Assembly (NCBI GenBank): GCA_964016885.1
Contig: OZ024742.1
Span: 76,136,001-76,200,000, forward strand
Direction: 5' to 3'
DNA from: Eledone cirrhosa
Lineage: Eukaryota
Length of the DNA: 64,000 bases
A program made the translations under genes and the position numbers. Shown piece by piece: positions 1 to 13,089 of the stretch. Under the pieces are notes generated by a model, which was not told the DNA's origin, searched no databases, and worked only from the letters and a program-made list of their open reading frames with translations. Position 1 is the first letter of the stretch, and each line of letters begins with the position of its first letter.

Positions 1-372
1 GGTCCGATGAACCGATTTTTATTTCCTTTTCTAAAAATCTGGTAGGAGACCATGTAGAAGATCACGCCACCTAGCTTTTGACTTTGGAGGCAGTCGATTA
101 ACTGCCCTTAGTTCTGATTTCAGTAGCTGAATACACTCTCTGTTCAACATTGTGTGTTGATGCGAGCAGACGCGTTTCACTGTGGCGAAAAAGCGATATT
201 GCACCATGCGGTCACGAGATAAGTGAACACCGCCACGAAATGATAATTACGAACCACCAATCAAGGGGCAGCTGATAGGATACTCTGAGTAAAATGCTCA
301 TGTACATATAATCTCGAGGTATGTTCTTTTTGCTTAATTGGTTTACCTACACCTAACAACAAATATAAGAGA

Positions 373-2066
373 CTAGCAGATTTACCCGGCGTTGCTCGGG
401 GTTTGGAATTATGCTAAGAATATTCAGCTAGGAAGTAAAAGAAGAACATTATTTGTCCCCAACCTGTCAAAATAAGCAGAAGTCTCCAATAATTAATGCA
501 AACGAATATTTAGTGCAATCACATAAAACTATGCTGATAATGAAGGAAAACACTGAACAGGATGTAGTTATACAAATGATTAAAGACAATACACGTTGCA
601 AATCTGTAAAAAAAACAGGCAGTTTTGCTAAAGTACAAAAAGTTGTAATGAAAGCAGAGTTTTATACAAACAAAAAAAAAACAATGAGAGTAGAATAAGA
701 GAAAATCTATTCTTTGAGAGCATCCTTTGCTGTGTATGGTTAAATTTTTAACTTATAATCCAAAATATCCTGCATGACATATTCATTGGTATGTTTTGTA
801 ATGAGTAAAGTGAAGTCTAGACAGAGCTGTAATAAGTTTGTTTGTTAACACTAAAGCACTTCAGGATAGACGATATTCTTTGTTTTTCTTTTCGGAACAA
901 ACGCAAAGAGAGTATCTGCCAACTCGTGAGCAGGCAACGTAGAATTCTCCGTGCGAAAAGCAAGGTTCATCCAAGTGAATTCCAGCGATGGACAGAGTTT
1001 GACCTTTCGACTTCTTTATGGACATTGCGAAGGAAAAACACGAACGGGAAATTGGGTTAGGCCAAAAGAGAAGGGAGTATCCACGCCTGATGTAGTCAGG
1101 CTAATTTTTGTTATTATCACATCCTCGCCTTTTCCACATCCGGATAGAATGGTAGCGTCAATACTAAGTGGAGACAGTTTTTTTAACCACAATACGTGTA
1201 CCATTGAATAGTTTTGGAGGAGTAATATTTCTCAGCAAAATAATTGGTGTTCCCTCTTCCAGAACCAATGTATTGGGAGGTAAACCAGGAGGATTTAAAT
1301 AATTTAGAAATTCAACTGGATAATTCACCGCATCCTGTGGATCACATACAGTATCAATATATTTATATATCTGTGGACATCCAGGAAGAAGCTGAAGAAG
1401 TTGATCGTTAATAACGCTAACCGTGATATTTTTGGGTGCAAGAATGGCTCTTTCGCATAGCCAATCAAGATTCGTATAGTTATCACGCAAGTTCGGGAAT
1501 ACACTCGACTTCAGATCATCGATAGTTTTAACTACATTGCAGATGTGATCAATTGCTATTTGTCTATCTGTATCCGGAGGTAGGTTACCATCTCCTATTG
1601 TAAGAATGTCTCCAGAAAATGTTGATGACAGTGGGTCCCCATGCAACCTTGCACCCATGTTGGTAGTTAGTCTTAATGATGTCACTTGTCGCCACTAATG
1701 TGAAGCCTTAAGACATGCATATACCGCATCTGCTCTTGTTCCTTTCGGTATTATAGGAAGAGTCTGTCTGAAGTCTCCTGATAGCAGAAGGGTGACACTC
1801 ACCATAACATCACTGCAATCTCGTATGTCTTTCAAAGATTATCTCCCTTTTTTTATAAGGATTGTCAATAAAGTTTATCTCCCTTACGTCAATTTTTCTA
1901 CTGATAATTTTGATATCGATTCTTTATTGCTCAACGTGGGTCGATTTGAAAAATGTTTGTGTTGCGACAATCTTAGCGACCTGTGCAACGTGCACAGAAA
2001 ATTTGGTCAAATTTCGTTGGCAATTGTACACAGACACACATACATCCTCGCTTTTATATATATAAA
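373..2066 (-). mobile_element. Internally deleted Helitron carrying a PIF1-helicase fragment
   Basis: On the minus strand the 3' end reads CCCGAGCAACGCCGGG (hairpin), then TAAATCTG-CTAG|T (plus 372-400). The 5' end reads T(T)TATATATATAAAAGCGAGGATGTATGTGTGTCTGT (about 2030-2066), typical of animal Helitrons. Internal helicase coding remnant present. Confidence 0.85.
930..1795 (-). pseudogene. Helitron RepHel PIF1-like helicase C-terminal fragment, disrupted
   Basis: ORF 1164-1685 has RAILAPKN, YPVEFLN.LNPPGLPP..L, PIILLRNI.PPKL.NGTR. ORF 1016-1204 ends TQFPVR. The upstream frame gives LLSGDFRQTLPI. Confidence 0.85.
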
Positions 2067-2154
2067 ATGTCTAGCAGCCAAGCTAAACGAACTCCCTTCT
2101 AAATTATAAAACAACGCAGCCTTCTAAAATTGGTGACCACCTTTCCTAAAACAT

Positions 2155-2252
2155 CGACGGCAGACCCAAGCCGTGTCGACGGCTATTTCTGGACTATTTC
2201 GTCCAGAAATAGCCATCGAAACGGCTTGAGCTCTGTCGTCAGGGTCGTACTT

Positions 2253-2260
<8 letters not shown>
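2155..2260. repeat. Short palindromic element next to (TA)n; partial second copy at about 20821-20870
   Basis: Arms CGACGGCAGACCCAAGCCGTGTCGACGGCTATTTCTGGAC and GTCCAGAAATAGCCATCGAAACGGCTTGAGCTCTGTCG. A related sequence TAGCCGTCGAAACGGCTTGAGCACTGCCGTCGGGGTCATACT occurs near 20821. Confidence 0.6.
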
Positions 2261-2322
<62 letters not shown>

Positions 2323-2554
2323 ATATATAGGACTACTATTATTGAATTAGGGAAGAAGGGTTGGGCATATAACGAAATGTATTGAGGAAAATATAATGAT
2401 GGATTTTCCAAGTAGGTGATGAAAATATGACCAACATCGATATATAGCCGGCATTCAGATAGTGCAACGTCTATATAAATAAATTTCGAATCGTGTCCAT
2501 CAGTCCGTGTGTCTAAAATAAAAAAAACTAAACAGCGTTGCAACGTTTAGAAAG

Positions 2555-2585
<31 letters not shown>

Positions 2586-2722
2586 GGGGTTATAATGTAA
2601 AGAAAGAGATAAGTTTATGATGTATAGAGAGGGGAGTTATTATAATTATATAGAGAGAGCGATGACGTTGCGGTAACGTCGCAAAACAAAGCCAACGAGA
2701 CAGAGAGAGAGAGAGAGAGACA

Positions 2723-2761
<39 letters not shown>

Positions 2762-3074
2762 AGAGAGAGAGAGATAGTGGGTGAGTTGTAAAAAGACATT
2801 AGATAGACAGTGAACAATAACGTCGCATGCATTACACAGTTGGTGTGCGTGAGTATATCAGTTAGAGTGACTGAGGTTGGCTCGTTATCTATCTGTCTGT
2901 GTGCCTCTCTGTCGTATACGCAAGGGCCATGTTGCGGTAACCTGTCTTGCTAGAAATTACATCAAAATAGTCCTTAGCTTCTACAACACACACACACGCA
3001 TTGATTTGTACCTCTATGTATAACTCTGTATCTATCTACCTACATAACTAACTATATACCTATCTATCTATCTT

Positions 3075-4035
3075 GGCATCTCGAGTGCCTACAGGCGCTC
3101 ACAGCTCTCTACCAAGCGGAAACGGCAATCAGCGGAGACTCCACTTCGACATTCTATAGGGGATTATAAGTGCGACGACGTTCTCGGGGAAACTCTAGGC
3201 ATCGAGTAGGACGAACTGACCAGTCTGTTCGGGAGGATTCTACCTCCAGGGCCTATGGATAACCTCCAGAGGTCTCTGGCCTGGCAGTGCTACCGAGGAG
3301 CTCTACCATTTCGAGACAAAATCTACAGGCACGGACGCCCTGGCAGATATCCTGCCAAAAGGACCTTTCCAAGATGCAAGCAGGACATCGAAACCGTTCT
3401 GCACGCAATTATTCAGTGCCCAGGGGTGACCGACTTTGGAATTATGTTGAACAGCTGCTCTGACGTGTGGGACGCATCCAGTTGTCAGCCGAGTCCATCG
3501 GGAGGATCACCCCGCCGCCTTCATTTAAGAACGAAGGAGTGGCGGTTTTCCTCTGCCTGGTGGCTATGGCGAAAGAGGTAATATGGTGGACGTGGTTAAA
3601 AGGACTAAAGGCAAACACCTTTCTCTCCGGACAACAACTTATCCCCTTCTTTAAGTATCACTTCAGAAGGAAGGTGAGAGTAGAGAGAGAGAGGTACTAC
3701 ACCTCAGTAAATTCGCTGAAAGGTGGGTGAATGTGGCAAAAATCGCCCGAGTGAATGGGCCTTCTCTGTATATAAACCTGTAGGTTGAGGAAGATAAACA
3801 GAGGGAAGACAGGAACACCTACAACATGTGTTCCTGGTGTTGAGTGTTGTTCTATCCACGGGGTGTAAAACAACCATGCAGTAACGCCCCCCCCCCCCCT
3901 ACTGGGGATTTCAATTGTTATTTTATATATAGTTTATTGTTATTTATTAATGTTAAAGTTATTTTTATACAAAATCCCCGCCGTCACGTCTTGTAATGTC
4001 CCATTTTTATTCGCCCCTGTGGCAAATAAAGAAAG
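3075..4035 (+). mobile_element. 5'-truncated Tx1/L1-clade LINE (ORF2 C-terminal Zn finger + 3' UTR)
   Basis: SLAWQCYRGALPFRDK...FPRCKQDIETVLHAIIQCP, homologous to ORF 38260-38724. Ends CCCCTGTGGCAAATAAAGAAAG followed by (ATCT)n. Confidence 0.85.
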
Positions 4036-4802
4036 ATATCTATCTATCTATCTATCTCAAAACTTTCTTTACCGCCTATGTTATGACGTCACACACCCTA
4101 CTTTTACTGTTACTGTTGTCTGTACTCTTATTGCTACCACGGCTCTCTCCCGCCAACACCACCAGAGTGCAATATGTGTGTGAGAGAGAAAGAGAGAGAG
4201 GATGTATGTTTGTTTAGGGGAGAGAATTACATGACTGACTGAATATTATGACACTCACACTCATACGCACACACTCACACAAACCTACACATACACATAC
4301 AAGTAATTGTCGTCTGCTGGAATGATATACGAATAGAACAAATACTGAAAGAAACTATTAGATCGTGAGTTTGATACTTGCCGAAAGTTTGCTAAGAGCG
4401 AACGAATCTGTGGAAATCGTTAATTTCATTATCAGGGTGTTCGGTTGTTTGAACCCTTTATTCTTTCCAAACCTTTCTTATTTCATCTTACCCTTCTTTT
4501 TCATCTGTATTTTTTCGCCGTGGAAGTAAACGACACAAATACATTTAACAAGTGTCACTTCAGAAAATTACGATATTAATATTAAAATGATGACCCTTTC
4601 AATGCAACTACTAACTCAAACAACAGAAATATTAATGATGTAAGGAAAATTTCAAATAGCTCAGAAAGAAAGCGCCGAAAGAGAAAGGCGATGAATGAAG
4701 AAGAGCAAGAAATCGAGACTATCAAAGACAAAGACGGGAAATGCTCTCAATTCAAAGGGGAAATAAAATTAGAGAAGAAAACAGATTTGCTCTCCAAGAG
4801 TT

Positions 4803-4990
4803 GAGAGGAAATTTGACGGAAAAAAGAAGAGATGAAGTAAGAGACAAAAAAGATTGGCACATCAAGTGTTAAGAGGAAATTTGACAGAAGAAAGAGGAGA
4901 TGAAATAAGAGAGAAAAAAGATTGGCACATCAAGTGTTAAGAGGAAATTTGACAGAAGAAAGAAGAGATGAAATAAGAGAGGAAAATAGA
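4803..4990 (+). repeat. About 68-bp tandem repeat (about 2.7 copies) in the RepHel N-terminal region
   Basis: GAGGAAATTTGAC.GAA.AAAGA.GAGATGAA.TAAGAGA recurs at about 4805, 4872 and 4941. Confidence 0.75.
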
Positions 4991-5455
4991 ATATCTCACA
5001 ATGAAGCAACACATTCTCAGACTAGGGAAGAACAAGTAATTAGAACTCAAATAAAATGATCAAGGTATGCTGAACTACATAGTTCTGTTAAATCATTTAC
5101 AAATACAACATTTGAATATGATACAAGTATAAATTATGATAATCTATCAAATTTAGGAACAATGTCAGTAGTGTGTAAGCATTGTTGTGCAAAACTATTT
5201 AAAGATGAACCTAAGGGATTATGTTGTTCAACTGGTAAAGTTAAATTGAATTTAATTGAAAGATCACCCGAGCCTTTAAATACACTAATGCGGGAGGAAA
5301 ATTGGGATTCGAAAAACTTCTTAAAGCATATAAAAAAATATAACGAATTGTTTTCAATGAGATCGTTTGGAGTCGGTGATTCAATATCTTTTTAAAATGC
5401 AAGTTCAAATTTATCATATCACAGAATAAGTTTATCATATAATACAGTTAATAAT

Positions 5456-5627
5456 TGTTTCTACTTTTGGCACAATGCCATCCATTACTCAGTACATTAC
5501 TGGTACTTTATTTTATCGACGCCGTATGGATGAAGGGCAAAGTTAACCTCGGTTAGATCATAAAGGGACGTAACTATGCTAGAAAGCATGTCCGTGCCTC
5601 TACCGATACTGCCAATTCACCGCCCTT
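5456..5627 (-). mobile_element. tRNA-derived SINE with Meta-domain-like core; 19-bp TSD
   Basis: Core TTAACTTTGCCYTTCATCC..CGG.GTCGATAAAATAAAGTACCAG. TSD ATATAATACAGTTAATAAT at 5437-5455 and 5628-5646. Confidence 0.9.
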
Positions 5628-6799
5628 ATATAATACAGTTAATAATATTCTTAAATATGCTAAAGTTTATTTCTTTGATGATTTAAATGAACAAATTAAT
5701 GTTAGAAATAGTAGGTTTCCTGAAACACACTTACACACTATAAAACACAACCAAGAGATGCTTTTAGAAAATAGTGAGGTTATCATACAAATTAAAACAA
5801 TGGCACCTTTTGTTAACAGTCCAAATCTTCAATTGTCAATTCGGGCAGATAGTGAACCAGCTGGTGAGCATACACGAAGGTACAATGACCCACATCTAAT
5901 GGTTGGAACTGAATTTCCACGAAGAAACATCATCTTTATTATAAAGATAACACTGTAAAGAAAATGAAGGAAGTACAGAGATCCTATGATCCATTACAAT
6001 ATCCTTTGATTCATTGGAAAGGAAATAATGGCTATTCGTTGGATTTACCTTTATACAACACAAATATAAATCAAACGGTCCAAAATAAGAACGTTACATG
6101 CAGGCAATATTATGCATATCATTTACAACTAAGAATTACTTGGAATCAAATTGTAAGATGTAAATGATTGTTTCAAATGTCTTTAGTTGATATGTATGCC
6201 GCAATTGAGTTTGAACGGTTATTGTACATTACACAGCACCAAACCAAGCTAAGGGTTGAAGGGTATTCGCTTTTAAAAGATCCTCTAAATAATGAAGGAG
6301 TACTCAATGCACACTAATTAGGTAGGGCTGTAATTTTACTTTCTACTTTTGTTGAAAGTTCAAGATATTGGAAGGAAATAATTCAAGATGCAATGTGTTA
6401 TGTGAGAGAATATAATAGGTCTGACTTTATTTATGACATTCACTTGCAATCCTAAATAGAATGAAGTCATAGAGAATCTGTACAAAAGGTAGAAAGAACC
6501 CCGCGATAGGCACGACATAATTGCCAAGCCTTTCAAGCAAAAGTTAAACTAAATGACGACAATATTGGTTGATAGGGGAGGTGGAATATTTGGCAAAACA
6601 AAAGCCTACATAGATACAGTAGAAATGCAGAAAATGCTCTTGGATATACATTCAGTAAATGGCCAAAGAGCACCAGCAATAATGTTGAAAGTAGAATTAG
6701 ATATCCCCAAAATTAATCTTTAATTTCGTTCTTCAAATTTAACGCAACTGACGAATATGCAAGAAGTTTCTTATATAAGGACATTCAATCTCATTATAC

Positions 6800-7620
6800 C
6801 CTTATATAGGGCGGGTAAAATTCCAGAGATCCATGGACGAGTTCTCTCCAGCGGTCTCTGTCTCTCATTATCGCCGCCATAGTGTCTGTCCGTAGGGCAT
6901 CAACATACGTTAACCTTGGTCATCCTCATCCAGTGTGTCCATGTAGGGGCTCCCACACGAGCACTGAGTGCAAAGCCAACTATGGATGTCGGTGAGAATG
7001 TCCAGCTAACTTCAGTCTCCTCTGTGTCACTTTTGAGCTGACTTTTGGGAGGCTCCAATACAGCTCTGAGTTTTTCATCCTCAGTGTATACTCATTAATG
7101 TTCAGAGCCATCCTCAGCATTCTCGTGTAGCACCCATCCACCATCTGAGTGAGTTTCTTGGTCAGTGTCTAAATATCAGACGCGTACAGCAGCACAGACT
7201 CCACTACAGCAATGAATTGGCGGATTTTCAGGTCTTTACGAGGGTCCGACTTCCACGCCGATCTCATGCTGTGGCACGCCGCCTAGGCTTTGCACTTCCT
7301 CTCTACCACGTCATCTTCTGTATTCCCAATCTTTGCTCCAAAATACAGGAAGTCCTCAACCAATTCTAGCGCCTTCCCGCCTACATTAGTTAGCCCCTCT
7401 GGCTTCTCAACATTCTCTACCAGATATTTTGTTTTAGTCTCAGCCCCACAATCATCGACACAGTCTCAACCTCCTGCATCAAATCCTATGTCGCCTTCAC
7501 TGTATTTGTCACCCAAACCATGTCGTCGGCAAATTCAGCATCCGATATCTTTTTCACCTTAACTCTCCTGCTCTGAGCTGGTGCTACAGTAAAGCCAGAG
7601 TCCTGGTGTTTCTCCAGTGC
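6800..7620 (-). mobile_element. RTE-like LINE 3' fragment nested in the Helitron
   Basis: GC-richer segment. Minus-strand translation gives AEFADD (RT motif), LELVEDFLYFG, VESVLLYAS and RMLRMALNI. Confidence 0.8.
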
Positions 7621-10302
7621 AAGGCGCTTACTTCCAATAAAACACGGCAAAGAAGATTTAATGGTAGATTTGTGTAAATATGTTCTAGAATTTACATCGT
7701 ACCACCTAATCAAACAGAATGCTAAGTTAGAGGTCCAACATCTTTCAGAGACGTAAAAACACATGAGGGTATTGTCTATAATACATTTATAGAAGCATGT
7801 TTGGCAAGGAGATTGTTAGATGACAATCATCTAAAACTAGCACTTAGAGAAACTGTTTCTACCAAACTGCTATACTAAATGAGATTATTATTTGCAATAA
7901 TTCTAATTCATTTTAATCCTTCTGATCCTGTAGTATTATATGAATAATTTAAACAACAAATGTAAATTGATATTCTAAATTGATTGACAAACAATCAACA
8001 AGAAAAGAATAAATGAAGAAATATTATAGTGAACGTTTAAAGAAACTTAAATTTTTAAAAGTATGAAATAGGACAAAAAGCTTTGATAAAACATGACTGA
8101 CCAATTTATGAAGAACTGGAAGTAAACAATATTGAAAGAGTAAATGAACACTTAGAAATAAGTAACTTTGGAGATGTGAATGAACCATTGTTGAATGAAC
8201 AAAGACTTATTTACACTACAATCAATGATTCAATAACCAATAGAAATGAACAAACATTATACTTTTAGATGCTCCAGGTGGAACTGGAAAAACATTTCTG
8301 ATCAATCTTACTAGCAAATAATAAAATGAATGGTTATATTAGTATAGCCGTTGGTTATTCCTGAATAACTTTAAATGGAAAAAACAGTACATTTAATGTT
8401 TAAATTCCTATTTTCATCATCAATACTTGGTGAATTGACAACATCAATTAGAAAAAAATAGGCGAAGTTGGATAACCTTAGAAAATTGTAATTTATTTGT
8501 ATGGGATGAAGTTACAATGTCACACAAACAGATTTTGGAGACTGTTGATAAACATTGAAAGTCATTAAAAAGAATAATTTACCTTTTGGTGGTATTACTG
8601 TTTTACTAGCTGGTGGATTTAGACAAATACTTCCAGTAGGACCAAGAGGTACAAAAGCTGATGAAATAGATGCATTTATCAAAGCATCCCATTTATGGTC
8701 ATTATTTCACAAATTGTCATTAATTACACTAATACGGAATGGATGTCAGGTATAATAATCTTAGCTGCTACAAATGATAATGTTGATGCTATTATTATGC
8801 TATTACCTAACAAAGTAGAACATACATTAAGAACCTACAATTTCATAGATCAAGTAGTGGATACAAACACAGCAGTATATTTTCCGGTTGAGTTCTTAAA
8901 TTCATTATAATTATCAGGATTTCCACCACATGAATTGAATTTGAAGAAAGGAGCTCCAATTATTCTTTTGAGGAATTTACAAACTCCAGTGTTATGCAAC
9001 GAGGTTAATAGTGGGATCCCTTACAAATAAGGTGATTGAAGCAAAATTACTAAATCAAAAGTACAAAAATGAATTAGTATCATTACCAAGAATAAAATTA
9101 CATGCAGAGGAGCTAGTGAGGTTTACAAGATTACAATTTCCGGTGAAACTATCTTTTGCTATGACAATAAATGAATCACAAAGTCAAACATTTAAAAACG
9201 TTCCTATCAATCTTAAAAATGAAGTGTTTTCGCATGGACAACTATATGTCTCACTTTCAAGATTGCAAAATCCTAATAATCTTTATTATTACACAAAAGA
9301 TGAAAAAGGTAAGAAGATTGTTTATGAAGTTTAGATATAAAAAAACAAAACAAAACAATTAAATAAACCAAAAGTAAAACCAAAACTGAAAAAAAACAAA
9401 AAAACAATAAGTAACTGGTCCATTTAAAATAAAACATTATACTCGCTACTGATCAAATTTTATCAATATTATGTGTCGTTAAATATAATATTCTGAAGCG
9501 AGGTTATTTTAAATTTTTTTTTTGTCATTTAAATGTTTACATACACTATTTATATTTAAGCAACAAGGAATATTTTTTACTATAATTCATTTCATAATTT
9601 CACCATTTTGTTCAATTCTTTTTCATTCTTTCAGCAATCACAACAACCAATTTCAACTTCTTGAATTCTTTTCCATATTCTCAATAATAAGCATTCTGCA
9701 AAGGAGATCAAATGGATTTGTCTATCTAAACTATAATAAAGTAAGAAGCGCGGGACTGCGTACGGTTTATAATTGTTTATCTCCTTGGTAAAATAAGTTG
9801 GATTGCGTTGAATAAATAATGAATGAATATTACATAATTTATTCACTAAATTTCGTGGCTGTTCATTACTTATTTAAAGATTCACTTCTTTAACATTTTC
9901 AGGTTAGTGATCATTTAAATAAATATTCATATATGTCTATCAACAATTTTCTCCTAATGCAGTTTATATAAAATATCGTCTTTATTTAATCATGGATTAC
10001 GTTACTGATTACATAAGGCTGTGTAACACAGTTTTCGTTCAATTTCTGGGTATATTGTCAATTACGATTTTATTTGAAGGTGGTTTTTCTGCTAGTTAAT
10101 GTAAAAAACAACGATGTAAGGAAAATGTAATGTACCAGCACGCTTATTGTTAAATTCATTTATTATTTTTTTTTACATTTGAAATGTTATTTACATGTTT
10201 TATATTTGAACGGCAAGGACAGTTGTTATTGTAATTCATTTCACAATCTTAATATTTCTTTTTACGATGTTTTCATTCTTTTGGGAATCACATCAACACG
10301 CG

Positions 10303-10367
<65 letters not shown>

Positions 10368-10369
<2 letters not shown>

Positions 10370-10608
10370 TGGTTACACAACAGTTAGTTCACCATACCGA
10401 GAACAATTGTTTCACGTTAGCGGATCCTCACCTCGTAATGGACATGGTTATACGGAACAGCCCTGCTCCGTATAACCATGTCAATTACGCGCTGAGGATC
10501 CGCTAAAGTGAAACGATTGTTCTCAGTATAGTGAACTAACTGTTGTCTAACCACTTCTACCTAACTCGTCCCATGGACTGAGTACTCTACCACTACGGAT
10601 ATTACCAC

Positions 10609-10610
<2 letters not shown>
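10368..10610. mobile_element. Palindromic hammerhead-bearing mini-element (family A) between (TA)n tracts
   Basis: Inverted arms about 10368-10455 and 10467-10555, plus a tail of about 55 nt on one side. Each arm has a hammerhead-like motif. Confidence 0.8.
10488..10525 (+). ncRNA. Minimal type-I hammerhead-like motif, family A (mirror copy 10398-10435, minus)
   Basis: Consensus of both arms: CGAG CTGAGGA TCCGCTAACGT GAAA CAATTG TT CTCG. Each arm has a different lesion. Confidence 0.6.
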
Positions 10611-10695
<85 letters not shown>

Positions 10696-10696
<1 letters not shown>

Positions 10697-11565
10697 AAAT
10701 TAAATTAAATTAAACGTTGCCATGTCTGTGAGACATGCGCCATATCCACTGCAGAATAACCTCAAAGATTCCAATAAATAGATCCGGGCATTTTATATCA
10801 AATACAAATAGATTAACATATATATATATATAAAATAAACATAAGAAACAATCACAGGGAACTATCTAACATTTTAAAAAAGTATCTATATTTGAAGTTC
10901 TAGTTAAACTTTAATTAGTTACCTACCTAGCTATGATGTGCTTACACACTTTACAAATTAATCCCTGTGATTGTTTCATGTTTATTTTATATATATATAT
11001 GTCAATCTATTTCTAGTAGATATTAAATGCTCGGATCTATTCTTTCGAATCTTTGAGCTTATTCTGCAGTGGATATGGCGCATGTCTCTCAGACATGACA
11101 ACCCCTAATTTAATTTTGGATATATATACGGCCCCTTAATTGTAGAGGTAACTCAGTTGAATGGATTCGGCTGCTATTTCTAGCTGTCGATAATCCTATT
11201 CACGCCACTGGGATGACGCTGTGCGATGTGTGTATTTTTTTTTAAATGCAACACGTGGTACGAGTCATTCACAGATTTGCATTTGCTGTGTAAACACAGA
11301 TGGTTGGATCTTCTCTTTTGGTGAACATCCGGATTTGACCACTGTGATTTACCGATTAATTGGTGACATATATTTTTTATTTAAAGACATATATAGAAAA
11401 GAGATTGATCATTTTAAAAGGTATCTATATTTGAAGTTCTAGTTAAACTTTAATTAGTTACCTACCTACCTATGTGTGCTTACACACTTTAGAAATTAAT
11501 CCCCTGTGATTGTTTCATATGTTAATTTTATATATATATATGTCAATCTATTTCTATTTGATATA
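10696..11565. mobile_element. Tandem plus inverted ~540-bp element (family L), related to 54677-56610
   Basis: 10870-11010 repeats at 11411-11560, and 10696-10860 is an inverted copy of 10960-11120. Shares GAGCTTATTC..GATATGGCGCATG and CTGCTATTTCTAG.TGTCGA with 55560-56300. Confidence 0.8.
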
Positions 11566-11908
11566 TATATATACATGTATATATACATATGTGTGTATAT
11601 ATATGTATATATATGTATATATATATATATATAAATCTAAACGAAACAAATGAGACAAAATTTCATTTCTCACTCTTAGTATGGCTGTTACTTAAATATA
11701 AGTATGTATATGTACATACATATATGTATACAGGCGTACAGTAGTATGTATATATATATACATACATGCACACATATATATATATGTACGTATGGATTCA
11801 CCGAACATTTATTATAATGCTCGGTGTGTTTGTAAACAAACATCCCGAATTAAGCCGTACAGTGTCTAGCAACCACCGTTGCTCATTTATTCAACACTGA
11901 CAGAGGAA

Positions 11909-11949
11909 CGCTGTACTAGTTTCAAGCTTATTAGCTATCGTCAGCAACG
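11909..11949 (-). ncRNA. Minimal type-I hammerhead ribozyme, family B
   Basis: Reverse complement reads CGTTG CTGACGA TAGCTAATAAGCTT GAAA CTAG TA CAGCG. Confidence 0.85.
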
Positions 11950-12175
11950 TATACCGTCCTGCCAGATAGTTGAACGTCTGAAAGTATATACTTTCCTTAT
12001 GCATAATAACGGCTGAGCAGTCTAATTTGCATATAGATTAAGTTAAACGGCCGAAGTACCGAAAACAATAAACGGAAAAAATGAAACGAAATTTAATTTC
12101 TCACACTTAGTACGGCTGTTACTTAAATATAAGTATGTATAAGTACATACATATATGTATACAGACGTACAGTAG

Positions 12176-12207
<32 letters not shown>

Positions 12208-12353
12208 CGTACATGTACACATATATATATGTACGTATGGATTCACCGAACATTTATTACAATGCTCGGTGTGTTTGTAAACAAACATCCCGAATTAAGC
12301 CGTACAGTGTCTAGCAACCATCGTTGCTCGTTTGTTCAACACTGACAAAGGAA

Positions 12354-12394
12354 CGCTGTACTAGTTTCAAGCTTATTAGCTATCGTCAGCAAGG
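12354..12394 (-). ncRNA. Minimal type-I hammerhead ribozyme, family B (one stem-I mismatch)
   Basis: Reverse complement reads CCTTG CTGACGA TAGCTAATAAGCTT GAAA CTAG TA CAGCG. Confidence 0.75.
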
Positions 12395-12740
12395 TATACC
12401 TTCCTACCAGATGGTTGAACGTCTGAAAGTATATACTTTCCTTATGCATATTAACGACTGAGCAGCCTAATTTGCATATCGAGTGAGTTATTCGGCCGGG
12501 GTACCGAAAACGATAAACGGAAAAAATGAAACCCAATTTCATTTCTCACTCACATCCTTATATTTAAGTAACAGCCGTACTAAGAGTGAGAAATGAAATT
12601 TCGTTTCATTTTTTCCGTTTATCGTTTTCGGTACCCCGGCCGATTAACTCACTCAATATGCAAATTAGGCTGCTCAGCCGTTAATATGAATAAGGAAAGT
12701 ATATACTTTCAGACGTTCAAACATCTGGTAGGAAGGTATA

Positions 12741-12781
12741 CGTTGCTGACGATAGCTAATAAGCTTGAAACTAGTACAGCG
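12741..12781 (+). ncRNA. Minimal type-I hammerhead ribozyme, family B
   Basis: CGTTG CTGACGA T-AGCT-AATA-AGCT-T GAAA CTAG TA CAGCG: 5-bp stem I, palindromic stem III, GUA cleavage triplet. Confidence 0.85.
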
Positions 12782-13089
12782 TTCCTTTGTCAGTGTTGAA
12801 CAAATGTGCAACGATGGTTGCTAGACACTGTACGGCTTAATTCGGGATGTTTGTTTACAAAAACACCGAGCATTATAATAAGTGTTCGGTGAATCCATAC
12901 GTACATATATATATATATGTGCATGTATGTATATATATATATATATATATATATACTACTGTACGTCTGTATACATATATTTATGTACTTATACATACTT
13001 ATATATATATATATGCATATATATATACATTCATACATATATCGGTTTTTCAGAGCACCAATTCTAATTTTCACATATATATATAAAAT

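Larger units (their letters stand above)
4600..9334 (+). pseudogene. Helitron RepHel (Zn finger - Rep - PIF1 helicase), many stops and frameshifts
   Basis: Motifs CKHCCAKLFKDEPKGLCCSTGKVKL, RSYDPLQYPL, Walker A DAPGGTGKTF (about 8268-8300), LPFGGITVLLAGGFRQILPV, RLQFPVKLSFAMTINESQSQT and FSHGQLYVSLSR. Confidence 0.9.
2470..10100 (+). mobile_element. Large degraded autonomous-type Helitron with nested insertions (3' end uncertain)
   Basis: Starts TCTATATAAATAAA...TCCGTGTGTCT at about 2470 and contains RepHel remnants at 4600-9334. Its 5' (2670-3070) and 3' (9600-9740) non-coding parts recur fused at about 16990-17530. Confidence 0.7.
11635..13000. mobile_element. Family B: two tandem ~445-bp units plus one inverted unit, one hammerhead per unit
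   Basis: Units about 11635-12080 and 12080-12550, inverted copy about 12555-13000, flanked by TA-rich tracts. A fourth copy lies at 20938-21337. Confidence 0.9.

Noticed and set aside
4803-4990. CRISPR-like repeat array (also 13410-13510)
   Set aside because: These are contiguous tandem repeats without unique spacers, in a eukaryotic transposon context with no cas genes.
11105-11160. Spliced-leader RNA (AATTTTGGA Sm-like site, TGTAGAG|GTA donor-like site)
   Set aside because: The Sm-like site lies upstream of the donor-like site, and the GT is not conserved in most 54677-56612 copies.
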